A stretch of DNA of 64,000 nucleotides from Auanema rhodensis (lineage: Eukaryota > Animalia > Nematoda), in NCBI GenBank assembly GCA_964057225.1, contig OZ059898.1, positions 20,398,001 to 20,462,000 of the forward strand, in the 5' to 3' direction. The position numbers and the translations under genes are program-made. Within the stretch, counting starts at the first letter, position 1; each line of letters begins with the position of its first letter. The notes below the pieces were generated by a model. It searched no databases and was not told the origin of the DNA. It was given only the letters and a program-made list of their open reading frames with translations. Below are positions 30,001 to 44,945 of this stretch, in pieces.

Positions 30001-33000
30001 AACCGCATCTCTTTATCTTTCACGTGAAGCGAGTTACATACCTAGTGCACATCACGTGTACATTTAATTAGCATAAATTAAAGTTCACGTAAATTTCAAA
30101 GTCATGGTTACCATGAACCAATATCAATAAAAATTTGTTTTTAGACTAATTTGGACATGGGGATTCTAATTTTGAAAACCGCATCTCTTTATCTTTCACG
30201 TGAAGCGAGTTACATACCTAGTGCACATCACGTGTACATTTAATTAGCATAAATTAAAGTTCACGTAAATTTCAAAGTCATGGTTACCATGAACCAATAT
30301 CAATAAAAATTTGTTTTTAAACTAATATGGACATGGGGAATCTAATTTTGAAAACCGCATCTCTTTATCTTTCACGTGAAGCGAGTTACATACCTAGTGC
30401 ACATCACGTGTACATTTAATTAGCATAAATTAAAGTTCACGTAAATTTCAAAGTCATGGTTACCATGCACCAATATCAATAAAAGTTTGTTTTTAGACTA
30501 ATATGGACATGGGGAATCTAATTTTGAGAACCGCATCTCTTTATCTTTCACGTGAAGCGAGTTACATATAAAGTGCACATCACGTGTACATTTAATTAGC
30601 ATAAATTAAAGTTCACGTAAATTTCAAAGTCATGGTTACCATGAACCAATATCAATAAAAATTTGTTTTTAGACTAATATGGACATGGGGAATCTAATTT
30701 TGAAAACCGCATCTCTTTATCTTTCACGTGAAGCGAGTTACATACCAAGTGCACATCACGTGTACATTTAATTAGCATAAATTAAAGTTCACGTAAATTT
30801 CAAAGTCATGGTTACCATGAACCAATATCAATAAAAATTTGTTTTTAAACTAATATGGACATGGGGAATCTAATTTTGAAAACCGCATCTCTTTATCTTT
30901 CAAGTGAAGCGAGTTACATACCAAGTGCACATCACGTGTACATTTAATTAGCATAAATTAAAGTTCACGTAAATTTCAAAGTCATGGTTACCATGAACCA
31001 ATATCAATAAAAATTTGTTTTCAAACTAATATGGACATGGGGATTCTAATTTTGAAAACCGCATCTCTTTATCTTTCACGTGAAGCGAGTTACATACCTA
31101 GTGCACATCACGTGTACATTTAATTAGCATAAATTAAAGTTCACGTAAATTTCAAAGTCATGGTTACCATGAACCAATATCAATAAAAATTTGTTTTTAG
31201 ACTAATTTGGACATGGAGAATCTAATTTTGAAAACCGCATCTCTTCATCTTTCAAGTGATGCGAGTTACATACCAAGTGCACATCACGTGTACATTTAAT
31301 TAGCATAAATTAAAGTTCACGTAAATTTCAAAGTCATGGTTACCATGAACCAATATCAATAAAAATTTGTTTTTAAACTAATATGGACATGGGGAATCTA
31401 ATTTTGAAAACCGCATCTCTTTATCTTTCACGTGAAGCGAGTTACATACCTAGTGCACATCACGTGTACATTTAATTAGCATAAGTTGAAGTTCACGTAA
31501 ATTTCAAAGTCATGGTTACCATGAACCAATATCAATGAAAATTTGTTTTTAGACTAATATGGACATGGGGAATCTAATTTTGAAAACCGCATCTCTTTAT
31601 CTTTCACGTGAAGCGAGTTACATATAAAGTGCACATCACGTGTACATTTAATTAGCATAAATTAAAGTTCACGTAAATTTCAAAGTCATGGTTACCATGC
31701 ACCAATATTAATAAAAATTTGTTTTTAGACTAATATGGACATGGGGAATCTAATTTTGAAAACCGCATCTCTTTATCTTTCACGTGAAGCGAGTTACATA
31801 CCTAGTGCACATCACGTGTACATTTAATTAGCATAAGTTGAAGTTCACGTAAATTTCAAAGTCATGGTTACCATGAACCAATATCAATGAAAATTTGTTT
31901 TTAGACTAATATGGACATGGGGAATCTAATTTTGAAAACCGCATCTCTTTATCTTTCACGTGAAGCGAGTTACATATAAAGTGCACATCACGTGTACATT
32001 TAATTAGCATAAATTAAAGTTCACGTAAATTTCAAAGTCATGGTTACCATGCACCAATATTAATAAAAATTTGTTTTTAGACTAATATGGACATGGGGAA
32101 TCTAATTTTGAAAACCGCATCTCTTTATCTTTCACGTGAAGCGAGTTACATACCAAGTGCACATCACGTGTACATTTAATTAGCATAAATTAAAGTTCAC
32201 ATAAATTTCAAAGTCATGGTTACCATGAACCAATATCAATAAAAATTTGTTTTTAAACTAATATGGACATGGGGAATCTAATTTTGAAAACCGCATCTCT
32301 TTATCTTTCAAGTGAAGCGAGTTACATACCAAGTGCACATCACGTGTACATTTAATTAGCATAAATTAAAGTTCACGTAAATTTCAAAGTCATGGTTACC
32401 ATGAACCAATATCAATAAAAATTTGTTTTCAAACTAATATGGACATGGGGATTCTAATTTTGAAAACCGCATCTCTTTATCTTTCACGTGAAGCGAGTTA
32501 CATACCTAGTGCACATCACGTGTACATTTAATTAGCATAAATTAAAGTTCACGTAAATTTCAAAGTCATGGTTACCATGAACCAATATCAATAAAAATTT
32601 GTTTTTAGACTAATTTGGACATGGAGAATCTAATTTTGAAAACCGCATCTCTTCATCTTTCAAGTGATGCGAGTTACATACCAAGTGCACATCACGTGTA
32701 CATTTAATTAGCATAAATTAAAGTTCACGTAAATTTCAAAGTCATGGTTACCATGAACCAATATCAATAAAAATTTGTTTTTAAACTAATATGGACATGG
32801 GGAATCTAATTTTGAAAACCGCATCTCTTTATCTTTCACGTGAAGCGAGTTACATACCTAGTGCACATCACGTGTACATTTAATTAGCATAAGTTGAAGT
32901 TCACGTAAATTTCAAAGTCATGGTTACCATGAACCAATATCAATGAAAATTTGTTTTTAGACTAATATGGACATGGGGAATCTAATTTTGAAAACCGCAT

Positions 33001-36000
33001 CTCTTTATCTTTCACGTGAAGCGAGTTACATATAAAGTGCACATCACGTGTACATTTAATTAGCATAAATTAAAGTTCACGTAAATTTCAAAGTCATGGT
33101 TACCATGCACCAATATTAATAAAAATTTGTTTTTAGACTAATATGGACATGGGGAATCTAATTTTGAAAACCGCATCTCTTTATCTTTCACGTGAAGCGA
33201 GTTACATACCTAGTGCACATCACGTGTACATTTAATTAGCATAAGTTGAAGTTCACGTAAATTTCAAAGTCATGGTTACCATGAACCAATATCAATGAAA
33301 ATTTGTTTTTAGACTAATATGGACATGGGGAATCTAATTTTGAAAACCGCATCTCTTTATCTTTCACGTGAAGCGAGTTACATATAAAGTGCACATCACG
33401 TGTACATTTAATTAGCATAAATTAAAGTTCACGTAAATTTCAAAGTCATGGTTACCATGCACCAATATTAATAAAAATTTGTTTTTAGACTAATATGGAC
33501 ATGGGGAATCTAATTTTGAAAACCGCATCTCTTTATCTTTCACGTGAAGCGAGTTACATACCTAGTGCACATCACGTGTACATTTAATTAGCATAAATTA
33601 AAGTTCACGTAAATTTCAAAGTCATGGTTACCATGAACCAATATCAATAAAAATTTGTTTTTAGACTAATTTGGACATGGAGAATCTAATTTTGAAAACC
33701 GCATCTCTTCATCTTTCAAGTGATGCGAGTTACATACCAAGTGCACATCACGTGTACATTTAATTAGCATAAATTAAAGTTCACGTAAATTTCAAAGTCA
33801 TGGTTACCATGAACCAATATCAATAAAAATTTGTTTTTAAACTAATATGGACATGGGGAATCTAATTTTGAAAACCGCATCTCTTTATCTTTCACGTGAA
33901 GCGAGTTACATACCTAGTGCACATCACGTGTACATTTAATTAGCATAAGTTGAAGTTCACGTAAATTTCAAAGTCATGGTTACCATGAACCAATATCAAT
34001 GAAAATTTGTTTTTAGACTAATATGGACATGGGGAATCTAATTTTGAAAACCGCATCTCTTTATCTTTCACGTGAAGCGAGTTACATATAAAGTGCACAT
34101 CACGTGTACATTTAATTAGCATAAATTAAAGTTCACGTAAATTTCAAAGTCATGGTTACCATGCACCAATATTAATAAAAATTTGTTTTTAGACTAATAT
34201 GGACATGGGGAATCTAATTTTGAAAACCGCATCTCTTTATCTTTCAAGTGAAGCGAGTTACATACCAAGTGCACATCACGTGTACATTTAATTAGCATAA
34301 ATTAAAGTTCACGTAAATTTCAAAGTCATGGTTACCATGAACCAATATCAATAAAAATTTGTTTTTAGACTAATTTGGACATGGAGAATCTAATTTTGAA
34401 AACCGCATCTCTTCATCTTTCAAGTGATGCGAGTTACATACCAAGTGCACATCACGTGTACATTTAATTAGCATAAATTAAAGTTCACGTAAATTTCAAA
34501 GTCATGGTTACCATGAACCAATATCAATAAAAATTTGTTTTTAAACTAATATGGACATGGGGAATCTAATTTTGAAAACCGCATCTCTTTATCTTTCACG
34601 TGAAGCGAGTTACATACCTAGTGCACATCACGTGTACATTTAATTAGCATAAGTTGAAGTTCACGTAAATTTCAAAGTCATGGTTACCATGAACCAATAT
34701 CAATGAAAATTTGTTTTTAGACTAATATGGACATGGGGAATCTAATTTTGAAAACCGCATCTCTTTATCTTTCACGTGAAGCGAGTTACATATAAAGTGC
34801 ACATCACGTGTACATTTAATTAGCATAAATTAAAGTTCACGTAAATTTCAAAGTCATGGTTACCATGCACCAATATTAATAAAAATTTGTTTTTAGACTA
34901 ATATGGACATGGGGAATCTAATTTTGAAAACCGCATCTCTTTATCTTTCACGTGAAGCGAGTTACATACCTAGTGCACATCACGTGTACATTTAATTAGC
35001 ATAAGTTGAAGTTCACGTAAATTTCAAAGTCATGGTTACCATGAACCAATATCAATGAAAATTTGTTTTTAGACTAATATGGACATGGGGAATCTAATTT
35101 TGAAAACCGCATCTCTTTATCTTTCACGTGAAGCGAGTTACATATAAAGTGCACATCACGTGTACATTTAATTAGCATAAATTAAAGTTCACGTAAATTT
35201 CAAAGTCATGGTTACCATGCACCAATATTAATAAAAATTTGTTTTTAGACTAATATGGACATGGGGAATCTAATTTTGAAAACCGCATCTCTTTATCTTT
35301 CACGTGAAGCGAGTTACATACCTAGTGCACATCACGTGTACATTTAATTAGCATAAATTAAAGTTCACGTAAATTTCAAAGTCATGGTTACCATGAACCA
35401 ATATCAATAAAAATTTGTTTTTAGACTAATTTGGACATGGAGAATCTAATTTTGAAAACCGCATCTCTTCATCTTTCAAGTGATGCGAGTTACATACCAA
35501 GTGCACATCACGTGTACATTTAATTAGCATAAATTAAAGTTCACGTAAATTTCAAAGTCATGGTTACCATGAACCAATATCAATAAAAATTTGTTTTTAA
35601 ACTAATATGGACATGGGGAATCTAATTTTGAAAACCGCATCTCTTTATCTTTCACGTGAAGCGAGTTACATACCTAGTGCACATCACGTGTACATTTAAT
35701 TAGCATAAGTTGAAGTTCACGTAAATTTCAAAGTCATGGTTACCATGAACCAATATCAATGAAAATTTGTTTTTAGACTAATATGGACATGGGGAATCTA
35801 ATTTTGAAAACCGCATCTCTTTATCTTTCACGTGAAGCGAGTTACATATAAAGTGCACATCACGTGTACATTTAATTAGCATAAATTAAAGTTCACGTAA
35901 ATTTCAAAGTCATGGTTACCATGCACCAATATTAATAAAAATTTGTTTTTAGACTAATATGGACATGGGGAATCTAATTTTGAAAACCGCATCTCTTTAT

Positions 36001-39000
36001 CTTTCAAGTGAAGCGAGTTACATACCAAGTGCACATCACGTGTACATTTAATTAGCATAAATTAAAGTTCACGTAAATTTCAAAGTCATGGTTACCATGC
36101 ACCAATATCAATAAAAGTTTGTTTTTAGACTAATATGGACATGGGGAATCTAATTTTGAGAACCGCATCTCTTTATCTTTCACGTGAAGCGAGTTACATA
36201 TAAAGTGCACATCACGTGTACATTTAATTAGCATAAATTAAAGTTCACGTAAATTTCAAAGTCATGGTTACCATGAACCAATATCAATAAAAATTTGTTT
36301 TTAGACTAATATGGACATGGGGAATCTAATTTTGAAAACCGCATCTCTTTATCTTTCACGTGAAGCGAGTTACATACCAAGTGCACATCACGTGTACATT
36401 TAATTAGCATAAATTAAAGTTCACGTAAATTTCAAAGTCATGGTTACCATGAACCAATATCAATAAAAATTTGTTTTTAAACTAATATGGACATGGGGAA
36501 TCTAATTTTGAAAACCGCATCTCTTTATCTTTCAAGTGAAGCGAGTTACATACCAAGTGCACATCACGTGTACATTTAATTAGCATAAATTAAAGTTCAC
36601 GTAAATTTCAAAGTCATGGTTACCATGAACCAATATCAATAAAAATTTGTTTTCAAACTAATATGGACATGGGGATTCTAATTTTGAAAACCGCATCTCT
36701 TTATCTTTCACGTGAAGCGAGTTACATACCTAGTGCACATCACGTGTACATTTAATTAGCATAAATTAAAGTTCACGTAAATTTCAAAGTCATGGTTACC
36801 ATGAACCAATATCAATAAAAATTTGTTTTTAGACTAATTTGGACATGGGGAATCTAATTTTGAAAACCGCATCTCTTTATCTTTCAAGTGAAGCGAGTTA
36901 CATACCTAGTGCACATCACGTGTACATTTAATTAGCATAAATTAAAGTTCACGCAAATTTCAAAGTCATGGTTACCATGAACCAATATCAATAAAAATTT
37001 GTTTTTAGACTAATTTGGACATGGGGATTCTAATTTTGAAAACCGCATCTCTTTATCTTTCACGTGAAGCGAGTTACATACCCAGTGCACATCACGTGTA
37101 CATTTAATTAGCATAAATTAAAGTTCACGTAAATTTCAAAGTCATGGTTACCATGAACCAATATCAATAAAAATTTGTTTTTAGACTAATTTGGACATGG
37201 GGATTCTAATTTTGAAAACCGCATCTCTTTATCTTTCACGTGAAGCGAGTTACATACCTAGTGCACATCACGTGTACATTTAATTAGCATAAATTAAAGT
37301 TCACGTAAATTTCAAAGTCATGGTTACCATGAACCAATATCAATAAAAATTTGTTTTTAAACTAATATGGACATGGGGAATCTAATTTTGAAAACCGCAT
37401 CTCTTTATCTTTCACGTGAAGCGAGTTACATACCTAGTGCACATCACGTGTACATTTAATTAGCATAAATTAAAGTTCACGTAAATTTCAAAGTCATGGT
37501 TACCATGCACCAATATCAATAAAAGTTTGTTTTTAGACTAATATGGACATGGGGAATCTAATTTTGAGAACCGCATCTCTTTATCTTTCACGTGAAGCGA
37601 GTTACATATAAAGTGCACATCACGTGTACATTTAATTAGCATAAATTAAAGTTCACGTAAATTTCAAAGTCATGGTTACCATGAACCAATATCAATAAAA
37701 ATTTGTTTTTAGACTAATATGGACATGGGGAATCTAATTTTGAAAACCGCATCTCTTTATCTTTCACGTGAAGCGAGTTACATACCAAGTGCACATCACG
37801 TGTACATTTAATTAGCATAAATTAAAGTTCACGTAAATTTCAAAGTCATGGTTACCATGAACCAATATCAATAAAAATTTGTTTTTAAACTAATATGGAC
37901 ATGGGGAATCTAATTTTGAAAACCGCATCTCTTTATCTTTCAAGTGAAGCGAGTTACATACCAAGTGCACATCACGTGTACATTTAATTAGCATAAATTA
38001 AAGTTCACGTAAATTTCAAAGTCATGGTTACCATGAACCAATATCAATAAAAATTTGTTTTCAAACTAATATGGACATGGGGATTCTAATTTTGAAAACC
38101 GCATCTCTTTATCTTTCACGTGAAGCGAGTTACATACCTAGTGCACATCACGTGTACATTTAATTAGCATAAATTAAAGTTCACGTAAATTTCAAAGTCA
38201 TGGTTACCATGAACCAATATCAATAAAAATTTGTTTTTAGACTAATTTGGACATGGAGAATCTAATTTTGAAAACCGCATCTCTTCATCTTTCAAGTGAT
38301 GCGAGTTACATACCAAGTGCACATCACGTGTACATTTAATTAGCATAAATTAAAGTTCACGTAAATTTCAAAGTCATGGTTACCATGAACCAATATCAAT
38401 AAAAATTTGTTTTTAAACTAATATGGACATGGGGAATCTAATTTTGAAAACCGCATCTCTTTATCTTTCACGTGAAGCGAGTTACATACCTAGTGCACAT
38501 CACGTGTACATTTAATTAGCATAAGTTGAAGTTCACGTAAATTTCAAAGTCATGGTTACCATGAACCAATATCAATGAAAATTTGTTTTTAGACTAATAT
38601 GGACATGGGGAATCTAATTTTGAAAACCGCATCTCTTTATCTTTCACGTGAAGCGAGTTACATATAAAGTGCACATCACGTGTACATTTAATTAGCATAA
38701 ATTAAAGTTCACGTAAATTTCAAAGTCATGGTTACCATGCACCAATATTAATAAAAATTTGTTTTTAGACTAATATGGACATGGGGAATCTAATTTTGAA
38801 AACCGCATCTCTTTATCTTTCACGTGAAGCGAGTTACATACCTAGTGCACATCACGTGTACATTTAATTAGCATAAGTTGAAGTTCACGTAAATTTCAAA
38901 GTCATGGTTACCATGAACCAATATCAATGAAAATTTGTTTTTAGACTAATATGGACATGGGGAATCTAATTTTGAAAACCGCATCTCTTTATCTTTCACG

Positions 39001-42000
39001 TGAAGCGAGTTACATATAAAGTGCACATCACGTGTACATTTAATTAGCATAAATTAAAGTTCACGTAAATTTCAAAGTCATGGTTACCATGCACCAATAT
39101 TAATAAAAATTTGTTTTTAGACTAATATGGACATGGGGAATCTAATTTTGAAAACCGCATCTCTTTATCTTTCACGTGAAGCGAGTTACATACCTAGTGC
39201 ACATCACGTGTACATTTAATTAGCATAAATTAAAGTTCACGTAAATTTCAAAGTCATGGTTACCATGAACCAATATCAATAAAAATTTGTTTTTAGACTA
39301 ATTTGGACATGGAGAATCTAATTTTGAAAACCGCATCTCTTCATCTTTCAAGTGATGCGAGTTACATACCAAGTGCACATCACGTGTACATTTAATTAGC
39401 ATAAATTAAAGTTCACGTAAATTTCAAAGTCATGGTTACCATGAACCAATATCAATAAAAATTTGTTTTTAAACTAATATGGACATGGGGAATCTAATTT
39501 TGAAAACCGCATCTCTTTATCTTTCACGTGAAGCGAGTTACATACCTAGTGCACATCACGTGTACATTTAATTAGCATAAGTTGAAGTTCACGTAAATTT
39601 CAAAGTCATGGTTACCATGAACCAATATCAATGAAAATTTGTTTTTAGACTAATATGGACATGGGGAATCTAATTTTGAAAACCGCATCTCTTTATCTTT
39701 CACGTGAAGCGAGTTACATATAAAGTGCACATCACGTGTACATTTAATTAGCATAAATTAAAGTTCACGTAAATTTCAAAGTCATGGTTACCATGCACCA
39801 ATATTAATAAAAATTTGTTTTTAGACTAATATGGACATGGGGAATCTAATTTTGAAAACCGCATCTCTTTATCTTTCAAGTGAAGCGAGTTACATACCAA
39901 GTGCACATCACGTGTACATTTAATTAGCATAAATTAAAGTTCACGTAAATTTCAAAGTCATGGTTACCATGCACCAATATCAATAAAAGTTTGTTTTTAG
40001 ACTAATATGGACATGGGGAATCTAATTTTGAGAACCGCATCTCTTTATCTTTCACGTGAAGCGAGTTACATATAAAGTGCACATCACGTGTACATTTAAT
40101 TAGCATAAATTAAAGTTCACGTAAATTTCAAAGTCATGGTTACCATGAACCAATATCAATAAAAATTTGTTTTTAGACTAATATGGACATGGGGAATCTA
40201 ATTTTGAAAACCGCATCTCTTTATCTTTCACGTGAAGCGAGTTACATACCAAGTGCACATCACGTGTACATTTAATTAGCATAAATTAAAGTTCACGTAA
40301 ATTTCAAAGTCATGGTTACCATGAACCAATATCAATAAAAATTTGTTTTTAAACTAATATGGACATGGGGAATCTAATTTTGAAAACCGCATCTCTTTAT
40401 CTTTCAAGTGAAGCGAGTTACATACCAAGTGCACATCACGTGTACATTTAATTAGCATAAATTAAAGTTCACGTAAATTTCAAAGTCATGGTTACCATGA
40501 ACCAATATCAATAAAAATTTGTTTTCAAACTAATATGGACATGAGGATTCTAATTTTGAAAACCGCATCTCTTTATCTTTCACGTGAAGCGAGTTACATA
40601 CCTAGTGCACATCACGTGTACATTTAATTAGCATAAATTAAAGTTCACGTAAATTTCAAAGTCATGGTTACCATGAACCAATATCAATAAAAATTTGTTT
40701 TTAGACTAATTTGGACATGGAGAATCTAATTTTGAAAACCGCATCTCTTTATCTTTCAAGTGATGCGAGTTACATACCTAGTGCACATCACGTGTACACT
40801 TAATTAGCATAAATTAAAGTTCACGTAAATTTCAAAGTCATGGTTACCATGCACCAATATTAATAAAAATTTGTTTTTAGACTAATATGGACATGGGGAA
40901 TCTAATTTTGAAAACCGCATCTCTTTATCTTTCAAGTGAAGCGAGTTACATACCAAGTGCACATCACGTGTACACTTAATTAGCATAAATTAAAGTTCAC
41001 GTAAATTTCAAAGTCATGGTTACCATGCACCAATATCAATGAAAATTTGTTTTTAGACTAATATGGACATGGGGAATCTAATTTTGAAAACCGCATCTCT
41101 TTATCTTTCAAGTGAAGCGAGTTACATACCAAGTGCACATCACGTGTACATTTAATTAGCATAAATTAAAGTTCACGTAAATTTCAAAGTCATGGTTACC
41201 ATGAACCAATATCAATAAAAATTTGTTTTTAAACTAATATGGACATGGGGATTCTAATTTTGAAAACCGCATCTCTTTATCTTTCACGTGAAGCGAGTTA
41301 CATATAAAGTGCACATCACGTGTACATTTAATTAGCATAAATTAAAGTTCACGTAAAATTCAAAGTCATGGTTACCATGAACCAATATCAATAAAAATTT
41401 GTTTTGAAACTAATATGGACATGGGGAATCTAATTTTGAAAACCGCATCTCTTTATCTTTCACGTGAAGCGAGTTACATACCTAGTGCACATCACGTGTA
41501 CATTTAATTAGCATAAATTAAAGTTCACGTAAATTTCAAAGTCATGGTTACCATGAACCAATATCAATAAAAATTTGTTTTTAGACTAATATGGACATGG
41601 GGAATCTAATTTTGAAAACCGCATCTCTTTATCTTTCACGTGAAGCGAGTTACATATAAAGTGCACATCACGTGTACATTTAATTAGCATAAATTAAAGT
41701 TCACGTAAATTTCAAAGTCATGGTTACCATGAACCAATATCAATAAAAACTTGTTTTTAGACTAATATGGACATGGGGAATCTAATTTTGAAAACCGCAT
41801 CTCTTTATCTTTCACGTGAAGCGAGTTACATATAAAGTGCACATCACGTGTACATTTAATTAGCATAAATTAAAGTTCACGTAAATTTCAAAGTCATGGT
41901 TACCATGCACCAATATTAATAAAAATTTGTTTTTAGACTAATATGGACATGGGGAATCTAATTTTGAAAACCGCATCTTTTTATCTTTCACGTGAAGCGA

Positions 42001-44512
42001 GTTACATACCAAGTGCACATCACGTGTACACTAAATTAGCATAAATTAAAGTTCACGTTAATTTCAAAGTCATGGTTACCATGAACCAATATCAATAAAA
42101 ATTTGTTTTTAGACTAATATGGACATGGGAAATCTAATTTTGAAAATCGCATCTCTTTATCTTTCAAGTGAAGCGAGTTACATACCAAGTGCACATCACG
42201 TGTACATTTAATTAGCATAAATTAAAGTTCACGTAAATTTCAAATTCATGGTTACCATGAACCAATATCAATAAAAATTTGTTTTTAAACTAATATGGAC
42301 ATGGGGATTCTAATTTTGAAAACCGCATCTCTTTATCTTTCACGTGAAGCGAGTTACATACCTAGTGCACATCACGTGTACATTTAATTAGCATAAATTA
42401 AAGTTCACGTAAATTTCAAAGTCATGGTTACCATGAACCAATATCAATAAAAATTTGTTTTTAAACTAAATTGGACATGGGGAATCTAATTTTGAAAACC
42501 GCATCTCTTTATCTTTCAAGTGAAGCGAGTTACATACCAAGTGCACATCAAGTGTACATTTAATTAGCATAAATTAAAGTTCACGTAAATTTCAAATTCA
42601 TGGTTACCATGAACCAATATCAATAAAAATTTGTTTTTAAACTAATATGGACATGGGGAATCTAATTTTGAAAACCGCATCTCTTTATCTTTCACGTGAA
42701 GCGAGTTACATACCTAGTGCACATCACGTGTACATTTAATTAGCATAAATTAAAGTTCACGTAAATTTCAAATTCATGGTTACCATGAACCAATATCAAT
42801 AAAAATTTGTTTTTAAACTAATATGGACATGGGGATTCTAATTTTGAAAACCGCATCTCTTTATCTTTCACGTGAAGCGAGTTACATACCTAGTGCACAT
42901 CACGTGTACATTTAATTAGCATAAATTAAAGTTCACGTAAATTTCAAAGTCATGGTTACCATGAACCAATATCAATAAAAATATGTTTTTAGACTAATTT
43001 GGACATGGGGAATCTAATTTTGAAAACCGCATCTCTTTATCTTTCACGTGAAGCGAGTTACATATAAAGTGCACATCACGTGTACATTTAATTAGCATAA
43101 ATTAAAGTTCACGTAAATTTCAAAGTCATGGTTACCATGCACCAATATTAATAAAAATTTGTTTTTAGACTAATATGAACATGGGGAATCTAATTTTGAA
43201 AACTGCATCTTTTTATCTTTCACGTGAAGCGAGTTACATACCAAGTGCACATCACGTGTACACTAAATTAGCATAAATTAAAGTTCACGTTAATTTCAAA
43301 GTCATGGTTACCATGCACCAATATCAATAAAAATTTGTTTTTAGACTAATTTGGACATGGGGAATCTATTTTTGAAAACCGCATCTCTTTATCTTTCACG
43401 TGAGGCGAGTTACATACCAAGTGCACATCACGTGTACATTTAATTAGCATAAATTAAAGTTCACGTAAATTTCAAAGTCATGGTTACCATGAACCAATAT
43501 CAATAAAAATTTGTTTTTAGACTAATATGGACATGGGGAATCTAATTTTGAAAACCGCATCTCTTTATCTTTCAAGTGAAGCGAGTTACATACTAAGTGC
43601 ACATCACGTGTACATTTAATTAGCATAAATTAAAGTTCACGTAAATTTCAAATTCATGGTTACCATGAACCAATATCAATAAAAATTTGTTTTTAAACTA
43701 ATATGGACATGGGGAATCTAATTTTGAAAACCGCATCTCTTTATCTTTCAAGTGAAGCGAGTTACATACCAAGTGCACATCACGTGTACATTTAATTAGC
43801 ATAAATTAAAGTTCACGTAAATTTCAAAGTCATGGTTACCATGAACCAATATCAATAAAAATTTGTTTTCAAACTAATATGGACATGGGGATTCTAATTT
43901 TGAAAACCGCATCTCTTTATCTTTCACGTGAAGCGAGTTACATACCTAGTGCACATCACGTGTACATTTAATTAGCATAAATTAAAGTTCACGTAAATTT
44001 CAAAGTCATGGTTACCATGAACCAATATCAATAAAAATTTGTTTTTAGACTAATTTGGACATGGGGAATCTAATTTTGAAAACCGCATCTCTTTATCTTT
44101 CAAGTGAAGCGAGTTACATACCTAGTGCACATCACGTGTACATTTAATTAGCATAAATTAAAGTTCACGCAAATTTCAAAGTCATGGTTACCATGAACCA
44201 ATATCAATAAAAATTTGTTTTTAGACTAATTTGGACATGGGGATTCTAATTTTGAAAACCGCATCTCTTTATCTTTCACGTGAAGCGAGTTACATACCTA
44301 GTGCACATCACGTGTACATTTAATTAGCATAAATTAAAGTTCACGTAAATTTCAAAGTCATGGTTACCATGAACCAATATCAATAAAAATTTGTTTTTAG
44401 ACTAATTTGGACATGGGGATTCTAATTTTGAAAACCGCATCTCTTTATCTTTCACGTGAAGCGAGTTACATACCTAGTGCACATCACGTGTACATTTAAT
44501 TAGCATAAATTA
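1..44512. repeat. 176-bp satellite DNA tandem array, left block (about 253 monomers; continues beyond window start)
   Basis: AAGTCATGGTTACCATG recurs at 1, 177, 353 and onward. Consensus: aagtcatggttaccatgaaccaatatcaataaaaatttgtttttagactaatatggacatggggaatctaattttgaaaaccgcatctctttatctttcacgtgaagcgagttacataccaagtgcacatcacgtgtacatttaattagcataaattaaagttcacgtaaatttca. A monomer starts at 44355 = 1 + 252x176 + 2; the +2 comes from 1-bp insertions at about 1888 and 2945. Confidence 0.99.
5530..18550. repeat. Tandem duplication of a 37-monomer block (6512 bp x2); boundaries approximate
   Basis: Rare variants recur at exactly +6512: tataGAGtgcac at 6811/13323, tcaTTgttacc at 10921/17433, acatAgggat at 10971/17483. 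Confidence 0.9.
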
Positions 44513-44945
44513 GTCAAGGTTTATTGTTCTTTATCACAGGTTATAACAATAGCAGTTTTGAAAAAAGAAAGTGGATAAAAGAAGTTCCTTACAATATGAA
44601 CATGATTATATAAATTGATTGACATGAAAACATTAATTGTATAGAGATAAGAATAATTATTGAATCAATTATGTCAGTAGAAAATATATATTCTAAACAA
44701 GTAAATCTATGTGTCATAGTTGTCAACCCATCCTTGATAAACAAGGGATTTGTTCAGTTCAAAAAATATGACCTGACCTCATTTTTACTTTTACCAGGTG
44801 CGGTGGAACTTAGAGAAAAAGTCGAGCCCGTTCTGGTAATCAGAGGTAACTATCACCAGATTCGTATGGCTAATGCCTATAGAGTCCATGGTGAAGTAAC
44901 ATTGTAGCAAAGGGAAGAACATTGTAGCAAAGGGAAATTTTTTTT
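44513..44945 (-). mobile_element. 433-bp insertion in the satellite; probable 5'-truncated non-LTR retrotransposon (LINE/SINE) 3' end
   Basis: The satellite phase shifts by exactly 436 bp (next monomer expected at 44531, found at 44967). TTA flanks both sides (44510-44512, 44946-44948). On the minus strand the insert goes from GC-richer to AT-rich sequence and ends AATAAA-CCTTGAC at the junction (TTTATT at 44520-44525). The other end has a 19-bp direct repeat and a T10 run. The insertion is certain; the class is inferred. Confidence 0.6.
44898..44936. repeat. 19-bp tandem direct repeat AACATTGTAGCAAAGGGAA x2 at the insert end
   Basis: Copies at 44898-44916 and 44918-44936, followed by T10 at 44938-44947. 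Confidence 0.95.

Noticed and set aside
44671-44907. 78-aa + strand ORF in the insert
   Set aside because: No recognisable motif. The polyA signal and composition gradient point to the minus strand, so it is likely a chance ORF.
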